DNA of 38,696 nt from a virus: IMG/VR virus record IMGVR_UViG_3300013370_000001, positions 1 to 38,696 of that record, one strand, 5' to 3'. Within the stretch, counting starts at the first letter, position 1, and every line of letters begins with the position of its first letter. Under the pieces are notes generated by a model. It was not told the origin of the DNA. It did no database searches and was given only the letters and a program-made list of their open reading frames with translations. A program made the translations under genes and the position numbers. This document shows positions 16,512 to 23,614 of the stretch, piece after piece.

Positions 16512-18845
16512 ATGGCATTACGCACCCCTTTAAGTGTTACCCCACATTTATACATGGGCGATAGCACAGGTCGCCCGCTTGATAATGGCGTCGTTTATTT
16601 TGGAGAGCAAGACAAAGACCCTGAGTATTACCCTATCACGCTATATAGCGATGACGCGCTTACCTTGCCACTAGCGCAGCCGGTCCACACCAAAGGCGGT
16701 TATCTTTACGACAAAGGCGATATGGTAGAGCCTCACGCAAAGGAGGTTATTTATAGCGTAAAAGTGCTTGATAGCTACGGTCGCAAAGTTTTTTACAAAG
16801 GCGCAATGATGCGTAATAGCTGGAACGATGATGTTATTGACCGTATCAACGAAGGCTTAATACAAGCAGGAGAGGCCGCGCAAGTTGCTTTAGCTGCTGC
16901 ATCAGCTAAAGTGACCGCCAATGCCGCAGATGCAGTGGCTAAAGTGACCGCCAATGCCGCAGATGCAGTGGCATCTGCTATCGAAGGTGTAGCTATTGAC
17001 GCAAATTTAGTAACTGATGCACTTATTAAAACCGTACCACGCACAGGTATGATTCCACGTAACCAACAGTCCATCAACAATGATTCAATCACTGTCTTTG
17101 ATTTCGGTGCTATTAGTGATGGTGGTTATCATCCGCTATCTGAGCGTTACGCCACATTAGCAGAAGCTCAAGAGCAATATCCACACGCTGAAGCTTTAAC
17201 GGATAGTATAGACTGGTGTGCAGCACAGGCGTTTTTAAATGCTTGTCATACTACGCAATACGCTAATGCTGACATGACGATGAACGCAGCTATCAACAGA
17301 ACATTAGAGTATAAAACATTAAGGTTCCATGCCACTAAAGTTATACATGGCGATGTGGTTCTTAAGGGGGTTAAAAATTACCCTATGGATTTCTTTATCA
17401 TTTGGCAGGGAGCATACACACAGCACACGGGTAGCTTTGAATTTGAAGGTGTTTATTCACAGGAAGGTGGTGCGGAGTTAAGTCTTAACAGAACGTGTAA
17501 AAACGGCATGTTGTTAGGCGCTGAAACTATTATGCAGAGTGGTATCAATGGTGCTTCGGGTGCAAAAATAAATAGCGTAACTGCTGAAAAATTAAGTGGG
17601 TATGCTTTTATATTTGGTCAAAACTGCCACTTTGCAGAGGTCGGCTATGTACGTGCAGCACGTTGTGGTAGTGCAGATGCACAAAATGGATTGGGTAATG
17701 ATAACTCAACTAGAAGCGCATGGTCTAATAAGATTGATGTTGGTCGCAGAGATTTGGGGGGCTATAGCCGCATCACTGTTGCCACATTACCTCACAAACA
17801 AACTGACTTACTAGAAGCTGAGATTCTGGAAGATAAGCTAGTAGTTATTAATGACGAGATATATGCGGTTAAAGCTGTGGATTATCAAGCAAAAACCATA
17901 GATATTCGCCCTGCTATTACTACCTCAGCTACATCAGGTAATTTAGTTTATGTTTATGGTGGCGGAGTAATGACAGTTGGTAACGATACTGCCAACACTG
18001 TAGTTGGCAGAATGAACGCCATTCTCTGCGGTATAGGTTTTAAGGCTTACGCTTTGTGGGCAACAGCCATACAGTCATTCACATCAGAGTACTGTGGTGT
18101 GGGTGTTGTCACATCAGCTTATGGCAGTATTAGTATGAGCAGCACAATAACCAACGGATATTTTGAAGCTAATCGCTTTGACACCTTGGATTTGTGGGCG
18201 CAGGATTACGCTAGCTTAGTTATTACTAACAGCATGGGCTTACAACCATCGAAAATGTTTAATCTTTTCACAGTAACATCAGACGCAGATTTACCTCGTT
18301 GGTCTTTTAGTGGTTATGGCGAAAGTACAGCGCAAGTTAAAATAGGTAATAAAAATTACTCTAGCGAAGCAAATAGAGGAGGCTATAATCTAACTGACTC
18401 TACTCAGATTAAGAATGTATTTAGTAACAACCCCACTATTACTATTAATACCGATGAGGATTTACGCAGACTTTACGGTAAAGAGTGTATGATATATTGT
18501 TTCCACGGAGGGAACGCAAGTGGAAATCCCCAAGGAATTATCACAATTAATGCTGGTACGGGGTTAGAATTCGTAGGTGGGTCGGTACAGATGACTATTG
18601 ACGGGTCAGAGTACGATAGACCAATTTTAGTATCTGTAAATAAAATGGAAGGTAGATTATACATAGGTATTATCACCGCTAAAAAACCTGTACCGCCTGA
18701 AGCTGCTAAGGCAACATCAGGTGTTACAACTAACAGACCACAAGACGTACCAGCAGGTTATCAATACTTTGACACTACTCTAGGCAAGCCTGTCTACTAC
18801 AAAGCCGATGGAGTTTGGGTCGATGCAACAGGTGTGGCAGTGTAG
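16512..18845 (+). CDS. Tailspike / receptor-binding protein with P22 gp9-like head-binding N-terminus
   Basis: GRPLDNGVVYFGEQDKDPEYYPITLY parallels P22 gp9 [24 protein letters not shown]. The long central region has a beta-helix-like composition. C-terminal motif TNRPQDVPAGYQYFDTTLGKPVYYKADGVWVDATG is common in tail fibre and spike C-termini. Confidence 0.8.
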   Translation: MALRTPLSVTPHLYMGDSTGRPLDNGVVYFGEQDKDPEYYPITLYSDDALTLPLAQPVHTKGGYLYDKGDMVEPHAKEVIYSVKVLDSYGRKVFYKGAMMRNSWNDDVIDRINEGLIQAGEAAQVALAAASAKVTANAADAVAKVTANAADAVASAIEGVAIDANLVTDALIKTVPRTGMIPRNQQSINNDSITVFDFGAISDGGYHPLSERYATLAEAQEQYPHAEALTDSIDWCAAQAFLNACHTTQYANADMTMNAAINRTLEYKTLRFHATKVIHGDVVLKGVKNYPMDFFIIWQGAYTQHTGSFEFEGVYSQEGGAELSLNRTCKNGMLLGAETIMQSGINGASGAKINSVTAEKLSGYAFIFGQNCHFAEVGYVRAARCGSADAQNGLGNDNSTRSAWSNKIDVGRRDLGGYSRITVATLPHKQTDLLEAEILEDKLVVINDEIYAVKAVDYQAKTIDIRPAITTSATSGNLVYVYGGGVMTVGNDTANTVVGRMNAILCGIGFKAYALWATAIQSFTSEYCGVGVVTSAYGSISMSSTITNGYFEANRFDTLDLWAQDYASLVITNSMGLQPSKMFNLFTVTSDADLPRWSFSGYGESTAQVKIGNKNYSSEANRGGYNLTDSTQIKNVFSNNPTITINTDEDLRRLYGKECMIYCFHGGNASGNPQGIITINAGTGLEFVGGSVQMTIDGSEYDRPILVSVNKMEGRLYIGIITAKKPVPPEAAKATSGVTTNRPQDVPAGYQYFDTTLGKPVYYKADGVWVDATGVAV
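16905..16970 (+). repeat. Perfect 33-bp tandem duplication inside the tailspike neck (AKVTANAADAV x2)
   Basis: gctaaagtgaccgccaatgccgcagatgcagtg at 16905-16937 is repeated exactly at 16938-16970. Confidence 0.95.
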
Positions 18846-18942
18846 TGGTTAAGCGTCAATGCACCCATCTTAATTTTAAACACTGCAACTACTGCTAGTA
18901 TTGTGCCTAATAACAATGCAACTACATAGCATTTTTATAACG

Positions 18943-18975
18943 AATAACAACCCTTTTAATTAAGGGTTGTTATTT
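18943..18975 (+). terminator. Terminator-like hairpin after the tailspike gene
   Basis: AATAACAACCC / GGGTTGTTATT 11-bp stem. The T-tract is weak (TATTT). Confidence 0.45.
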
Positions 18976-19026
18976 AAATGTAGGATCAGAACAAGAATGA
19001 TAATGTCAAACAGTTGCCAACTTCTT

Positions 19027-19035
19027 TGTTATAAT
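19027..19035 (+). promoter_or_regulatory. Extended -10 promoter element TGTTATAAT
   Basis: Matches TGnTATAAT. Lies 32 nt upstream of the 19067 ATG in an AT-rich spacer. Confidence 0.45.
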
Positions 19036-19066
19036 CCTCAAAAAACAATATTTGGATTTAATCTTC

Positions 19067-20191
19067 ATGAAAAAAAGGTTTGAGGCGCTGGATGCTTTTA
19101 GGGGTATATGCGCTATTTTTGTCGTTGTATTTCACATGAATTTAGTCGGTTCTATAACTGAGTTAGGCTTTTTTAGAGGCAGTGCAATATTTGTAGAGTT
19201 TTTCTTTGTGCTCAGCGGCTTTGTGTTAGCACACGGCTATGGCTTTAGAGAGGGTTTAGCTTTCAAACCATTTATGAAAGCACGGTTTTTCAGAATATAT
19301 CCGCTGCATTTGTTTATGTTTTTAGTGTTTGTAGCTTTAGAGTTTAGTAAGGTTTTAGCGGCTAGATTTGGTGGTTTTAGTTTTGGCACTGAGCCGTTTA
19401 CTAACTCTACTGCACCGAGTGAGATTATACCAAATTTGCTTTTAATACAGTCGTGGACGCCATTCACCGATCATTTAAGCTTTAACTACCCAGCATGGAG
19501 TATAAGCATAGAGTTTTATATGTATGTGCTTCTATTTTTCACGATAGTGTTATTTAAGTCATACAGATTGTTTTCTTGGTTTTTAATATCGCTAGCGGCA
19601 TTTGTGCTTATATACTTTGGCTCTGATGTTGTTGTCGATACTGTATTGAGAGGGCTTTCTTGTTTCTTTGGTGGCTCGTTTGCTTATGTTATCTATCGTA
19701 AAATAGCAGATATAAATATACCATCAGTGCTAGGCAGTATTATTGAGTTTGCACTATTAGTAGCTATCATTTTAGCAGTGCAAACAAGCAATGAGTATCG
19801 ACCAATATTTGCACCGTTGTTATTTATCGTGACTGTGCTGTTTTTCGCTTTCGAATCAGGTGTCGTATCAAAACTATTTAAAGTTAATTTGTTGCAATAC
19901 GCTGGTAAGTTATCGTACTCAATATACATGACTCATGCTGCAATAATATTTTGTTTGATACCAATAGCGAGGGTGCTTAATAAATTAATAGGCGTTGATT
20001 TTGCTCCTGTAGCAAATGGTGCAAGAGTATTGGATTTTGGCAACAGTGTTATAAATAATTTATTTATATTGGTAATACTTATGTTAGTTGTCCTTGTCTC
20101 CCACTTTACTTACAAATACATAGAGCTAACAGGTCAGCAGTTAAATAAGAAGACTAAAAAAATACTTTCGGAGGAAGTAATCAAGTCTTGA
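19067..20191 (+). CDS. Acyltransferase family 3 integral membrane protein (O-antigen/LOS or surface glycan O-acetylase type)
   Basis: N-terminal LDAFRGICAIFVVVFH is the hallmark acyltransferase_3 motif. Roughly 10 hydrophobic segments. GC is clearly lower than in the flanking phage genes. Confidence 0.8.
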   Translation: MKKRFEALDAFRGICAIFVVVFHMNLVGSITELGFFRGSAIFVEFFFVLSGFVLAHGYGFREGLAFKPFMKARFFRIYPLHLFMFLVFVALEFSKVLAARFGGFSFGTEPFTNSTAPSEIIPNLLLIQSWTPFTDHLSFNYPAWSISIEFYMYVLLFFTIVLFKSYRLFSWFLISLAAFVLIYFGSDVVVDTVLRGLSCFFGGSFAYVIYRKIADINIPSVLGSIIEFALLVAIILAVQTSNEYRPIFAPLLFIVTVLFFAFESGVVSKLFKVNLLQYAGKLSYSIYMTHAAIIFCLIPIARVLNKLIGVDFAPVANGARVLDFGNSVINNLFILVILMLVVLVSHFTYKYIELTGQQLNKKTKKILSEEVIKS

Positions 20192-20226
20192 CAGTCAAAG
20201 TCTTGATTACCATTAATAATTTAACC

Positions 20227-20248
20227 AACCCCTTAATCGGGGTTTTTT
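20227..20248 (+). terminator. Intrinsic terminator
   Basis: AACCCC-ttaatc-GGGGTT hairpin followed by TTTTTT. Confidence 0.75.
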
Positions 20249-20271
20249 ATTATCTAAAATTTAGGAGAGAC

Positions 20272-20337
20272 AATGCTTGAAATTAAATTTAAGCAGGTAT
20301 GGTTGGCTTGTCTCATTGCTATAGCCGACAAAAACTA
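20272..20337 (+). CDS. Possible 21-codon hydrophobic micro-ORF (MLEIKFKQVWLACLIAIADKN)
   Basis: AGGAGAG SD lies 5 nt upstream of the ATG. The ORF is bracketed by two intrinsic terminators. It is too short to support by composition. Confidence 0.25.
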
Positions 20338-20338
20338 G

Positions 20339-20361
20339 CCACTCGAATGAGTGGTTTTTTT
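20339..20361 (+). terminator. Intrinsic terminator
   Basis: CCACTC-gaat-GAGTGG hairpin followed by TTTTTTT. Confidence 0.75.
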
Positions 20362-20385
20362 ATGTTCAAAAATTAAGGAGGGTGT

Positions 20386-20877
20386 ATGCCGCAAGTCAAT
20401 TTAAAGCGGCTGATTTGGGCGTTTGTGCTAACCATAGCACTTGCTTACCCCGTGTCAGCTATTGCTGCAAATGCGGCGGAACAATTAGGCATGGGGCACT
20501 TGCAGCCGCCATTTACGCCAGAGTGGATAGGCGTTTGGGTGTTTGCAATCGGCGGTGGCATTGGTGCAGGCTTTATTCATATTGCCGAGGTCGATAAATA
20601 CTTAAAGTATCCAACACTAGCAAAAGCGTTTCTCGGCACGTTTTGGGGCATGGCTATCAGCCTAGCCATTGATGCGCTTACTGATACGCCTATGGGCGCA
20701 ATTATGCTGTTTACGATTGGGGCGTCAAGTTTTAGCGCGCCAATCTGTGCAGGTTTCATGGTTTATATCAGCAGCCAAAGGCGTCAAAACAGCATTTACG
20801 ATTTAGGAAAAAATGCAGCTACCGACCGAATATTTGGTCGCAAAACCAGCAAGGGCAATAAAAATGAATCCGATTAA
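20386..20877 (+). CDS. Membrane protein with signal-peptide-like N-terminus and ~3 TM segments
   Basis: AAGGAGG SD. N-terminus LIWAFVLTIALAYPVSAIAANA, then hydrophobic helices (WIGVWVFAIGGGIGAGFI, FLGTFWGMAISLAI, IMLFTIGASSFSAPICAGFMVYI). Confidence 0.6.
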   Translation: MPQVNLKRLIWAFVLTIALAYPVSAIAANAAEQLGMGHLQPPFTPEWIGVWVFAIGGGIGAGFIHIAEVDKYLKYPTLAKAFLGTFWGMAISLAIDALTDTPMGAIMLFTIGASSFSAPICAGFMVYISSQRRQNSIYDLGKNAATDRIFGRKTSKGNKNESD

Positions 20878-21196
20878 CTATGACTTGATTGTTTGTATTG
20901 TCAGCTTATTCGCTGGCGTTTTTATGTTTATCAAAATAGGCGCTTTTAATCGTCGCAGCTATACGCCGTTGATTTTTGCGATGGTTATTGCAAGCGGGAT
21001 CTTGTATTGGGCGGCATTACTGCTAGTCACTTATGCGGCTATCTATCACGTACCAGCATGGCTAGATATTCATAGTGAGTGGTTTGGCACATGGGGTTAT
21101 ACGGCAAGCCGTATCTTAAACGGCGTGTGTTGGCTATTAACGCTCGTGGCGATTAATTATTACTTGCCGCTGATACGCAGATGCAAACAAAAATAA
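20864..21196 (+). CDS. Polytopic small membrane protein (110 aa)
   Basis: ATG at 20864 overlaps the end of the upstream gene. Three to four hydrophobic segments. Followed by a terminator. Confidence 0.55.
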   Translation: MNPINYDLIVCIVSLFAGVFMFIKIGAFNRRSYTPLIFAMVIASGILYWAALLLVTYAAIYHVPAWLDIHSEWFGTWGYTASRILNGVCWLLTLVAINYYLPLIRRCKQK

Positions 21197-21198
21197 AC

Positions 21199-21223
21199 CT
21201 AGCCCCTTAATTAGGGCTTTTTT
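21199..21223 (+). terminator. Intrinsic terminator
   Basis: AGCCC-cttaatta-GGGCT hairpin followed by TTTTT. Confidence 0.6.
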
Positions 21224-21235
21224 GGAGCTAAATAA

Positions 21236-21427
21236 ATGAATTTTATCGTTAATAACTGGCAAAAAATGTGGCAATCACTGGCAGTCATCTTGCCGATTAT
21301 CGTTGCTGTACTTTACGCGCTAATCAATAGCGTGGTCGATGCAAACTTGATACCGCTTGAGTGGTTGCCTATCGCCATGATTATCAGCGGCTATCTAGGT
21401 CGCATTATTAAACAGCCTAAATTGTGA
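21236..21427 (+). CDS. Putative holin (63 aa, two TM segments)
   Basis: Two hydrophobic segments and a charged C-terminus (RIIKQPKL). Lies directly upstream of the endolysin. Confidence 0.55.
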   Translation: MNFIVNNWQKMWQSLAVILPIIVAVLYALINSVVDANLIPLEWLPIAMIISGYLGRIIKQPKL

Positions 21428-21435
21428 GGTGAAGC

Positions 21436-22125
21436 ATGACAGATTATAGCGCTAGAGCAATCGCTGCTACTAAGCGACTACAAAAACAGGTGGGCGTTAA
21501 TGCAGACGGCTTATGGGGTGTTAGCTCGCAGCTCGCTATGTACTCACAAAGACGTAAACTGGCTTATGATTGGGATAAGTTGCGCTCGCACTTTGGACGG
21601 CTCAAGCAGTCTCAGGTTGATGGGTTTAACGCTGTATTAGATGCAATCAATGCGTATGGTAGTCCAGCAACTAAACCAGCTTACACGGCTTATATGCTTG
21701 CTACAGCATGGCATGAGACAGCAGCGACTATGCAGCCTATTGCTGAGTATGGCAAAGGGAAAGGTAGACCATATGGCAAGCGCATTGATGTCCACGGTGG
21801 TCGATACTCGGATAGCTTGCCTATCTATTATGGCAGGGGCTACGTCCAACTGACTTGGCTCACCAACTACGTCTTTATGAAAAACCGCTTAGGCGTGGAT
21901 TTTGTGAACAATGCTGAGCTTGCGCTGGTGCCAAAACACGCAGCCGATATTATGATTACGGGTATGCTTGAGGGTAGCTTTACAGGCAAGTCACTATCTA
22001 AGTATATCAAGTATGGCTTATATAACGAGTTTATATCGGCTCGCAGAATCATTAACGGGACAGATAGAGATAAGTTGATCGCAGGTTATGCGGTTAATTT
22101 TCTTGATAGCTTGGTTGTAGTTTAG
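21436..22125 (+). CDS. Endolysin: PG_binding_1 domain + glycoside hydrolase family 19 catalytic domain
   Basis: LQKQVGVNADGLWGVSSQLAM is a PG-binding repeat. TAWHETAATMQPIAEYG and YYGRGYVQLTWLTNY match GH19 catalytic motifs. Confidence 0.85.
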   Translation: MTDYSARAIAATKRLQKQVGVNADGLWGVSSQLAMYSQRRKLAYDWDKLRSHFGRLKQSQVDGFNAVLDAINAYGSPATKPAYTAYMLATAWHETAATMQPIAEYGKGKGRPYGKRIDVHGGRYSDSLPIYYGRGYVQLTWLTNYVFMKNRLGVDFVNNAELALVPKHAADIMITGMLEGSFTGKSLSKYIKYGLYNEFISARRIINGTDRDKLIAGYAVNFLDSLVVV

Positions 22126-22160
22126 CCGCATTTAGCTATGTTTAGCTATGTTTAGCTGCT
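22121..22160 (+). repeat. Four tandem 10-bp units (TTTAGCnnnn) in helical phase
   Basis: tttagccgca tttagctatg tttagctatg tttagctgct starts 2 nt before the endolysin TAG stop (22123-22125) and runs into a TGCTATAAT element. Confidence 0.85.
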
Positions 22161-22171
22161 ATAATAGCGAT

Positions 22172-22263
22172 ACCTTCCTGCAGGTAAACAAGATTTTGTT
22201 GTATACTAATAATGTAGTTTGTCTCTAAAGCCCATCCGAATTAACGAATGGGCTGTTTTTTTT
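22172..22263 (+). ncRNA. Candidate ~90-nt sRNA (ORF-free promoter-to-terminator unit)
   Basis: Extended -10 TGCTATAAT at 22157-22165. No ORF (the only ATG is followed at once by TAG). Strong terminator at 22229-22263. The predicted 5' end contains CCUUCCU, an anti-SD-like sequence. Confidence 0.4.
22229..22263 (+). terminator. Intrinsic terminator, possibly bidirectional (also lies downstream of int)
   Basis: AGCCCAT ... ATGGGCT stem followed by GTTTTTTTT. The opposite strand has a short TTT after the stem. Confidence 0.75.
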
Positions 22264-22351
22264 GTGCCTAAAATTTGAGTTGTTTCCAAAATGGAAATAA
22301 CTGAACTCACGAGGATTACTCGGTAGTTGGTCTAATCCCGTCTGAGTTGGT

Positions 22352-23368
22352 CTAATCACCATACATACTATTATATAATTCATCGGCTGTGGGGTTATAG
22401 TAGACGTTGAGCAATGTCTCTAGCTTAGTATGACCAGTTATCTTAGCTAACTGCTCAACGGGCAATCGCTTACTATTCACCATTCTACTAATAGCCTCAT
22501 GGCGCGTGTCTCTAAACTGCAAATCATCGACTGTTTTGTTTAGATCAGCTTTGACGCGCTTCCAAGCAGACTTAAACGCATCCCTGTTAATCGGTATTAA
22601 TGCGCCTTGCTCAGTTGGCAGACAGCTAAGCAATTTACGCATGGTCGGACTTAATGGCACGTTACGCGGCTTGTCTGTCTTGCTAGTTGGCAAATGCACA
22701 TGGTTTGTATGTACGTCTAGCCAAGTCAAGCCTAATATCTCATTGCGCCTCATAGCTGATTCTAAACCCCATAAAAATGACCACGCCACATATTGACGCG
22801 ATGTAGTAGGGGTAACGCCTAGTCGGTACTGGCACAACTCAAGCACAGCATCCACCTCATCGGCTGTAATGCGTCTAAACCTATCTTTGCCATCTGGCGG
22901 CTTATTAACGCTATGACAGGGGTTGGCATCAATGATAAACAAGTCTTTGACCGCATGAGTAAAGATACCTGACAGATAGCCAAGCTCACGCTTAACGGTT
23001 GCGCTTTTAACGAGCCTGAGCCTCATATCGCGGTATCTAGTCAAATCAAGCGCTGTCACATCAACCACCATCATCTGAGTAAGCCATGAGTGGTCACGGG
23101 GCAATACTCTCTGCATTATCACATCATAATCTTCACCCTTGCTGCCAGCTCGCACATTTGCATAATGCAAAGTCATCAACTCACGCACAGTAATACTGGT
23201 TTTGCGATGCGTCTTTAATTTTTCGCCAGCCGTGGCTTTGAGCTTTTGCTTAGCAGCCCATTGCAAACACTCTTTCTCGGTGTCAAAAGTCGCACTAGCT
23301 CGCTCACCGTCAATCATAATCGATATGCGATAAGCATCACCGCGCTTAATCGGTTTAGGTAGTTTCAT
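22352..23368 (-). CDS. int: Tyrosine recombinase / phage integrase
   Basis: C-terminal catalytic motifs FRDTRHEAISRM and ITGHTKLETLLNVYYN (R..H..R ... H ... Y). ATG at 23368 (MKLPKPIKRGDAYRISIMIDGER). Adjacent to a tRNA-fragment attP. Confidence 0.9.
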   Translation of the reverse strand: MKLPKPIKRGDAYRISIMIDGERASATFDTEKECLQWAAKQKLKATAGEKLKTHRKTSITVRELMTLHYANVRAGSKGEDYDVIMQRVLPRDHSWLTQMMVVDVTALDLTRYRDMRLRLVKSATVKRELGYLSGIFTHAVKDLFIIDANPCHSVNKPPDGKDRFRRITADEVDAVLELCQYRLGVTPTTSRQYVAWSFLWGLESAMRRNEILGLTWLDVHTNHVHLPTSKTDKPRNVPLSPTMRKLLSCLPTEQGALIPINRDAFKSAWKRVKADLNKTVDDLQFRDTRHEAISRMVNSKRLPVEQLAKITGHTKLETLLNVYYNPTADELYNSMYGD

Positions 23369-23461
23369 GGTGTAATCTTGGTGTAAGTAATAACTCAAGA
23401 TAGCTATATTATGCCAATTATGCAAGATATGACGCTAATTAAACCAACAATCAATAGGCAC

Positions 23462-23494
23462 AAAAAAGCCGCTAACCTCGTAAGGCTGCGGCTT
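23462..23494 (-). terminator. Intrinsic terminator on the minus strand, just downstream of the tRNA 3' fragment
   Basis: On the minus strand, AAGCCGC ... GCGGCTT hairpin followed by TTTTTT. This would replace the host tRNA terminator after integration. Confidence 0.7.
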
Positions 23495-23509
23495 CATTGA
23501 CTTGTAAAC

Positions 23510-23560
23510 TGGTCGGAACGGCAGGATTTGAACCTGCGACCACTACACCCCCAGTGTAAT
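23510..23560 (-). other. attP core candidate: 3' portion of a type II (long variable arm) tRNA gene ending in CCA
   Basis: Minus strand reads TACACTGGGGGTGTA (variable-arm hairpin) GTGGTC GCAGG-TTCAAAT-CCTGC (T arm) CGTTCCG-A-CCA (acceptor 3' strand, discriminator A). No D arm or anticodon arm lies upstream, so it is a fragment and not a gene. Confidence 0.7.
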
Positions 23561-23614
23561 TAACATTGTTGCTACTAAAGGGCTTGCGGTCGTTTGGTGT
23601 AAATTTGGCGTAAA

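Noticed and set aside
21641-21853. A +1-frame 70-aa ORF embedded in the endolysin gene, as a possible Rz1-like o-spanin.
   Set aside because: It has no signal peptide followed by a lipobox Cys (LIC has Ile at -1 and lacks the usual context), and it has no SD. It sits inside the endolysin and not inside an i-spanin gene.
23510-23600. Possible complete tRNA gene next to int.
   Set aside because: Only the variable arm, T arm and acceptor 3' strand plus CCA are present. The 40 nt upstream (minus strand) cannot form an anticodon or D arm, and no matching acceptor 5' strand (CGGAACG) is found. It is an attP fragment and not a functional tRNA.
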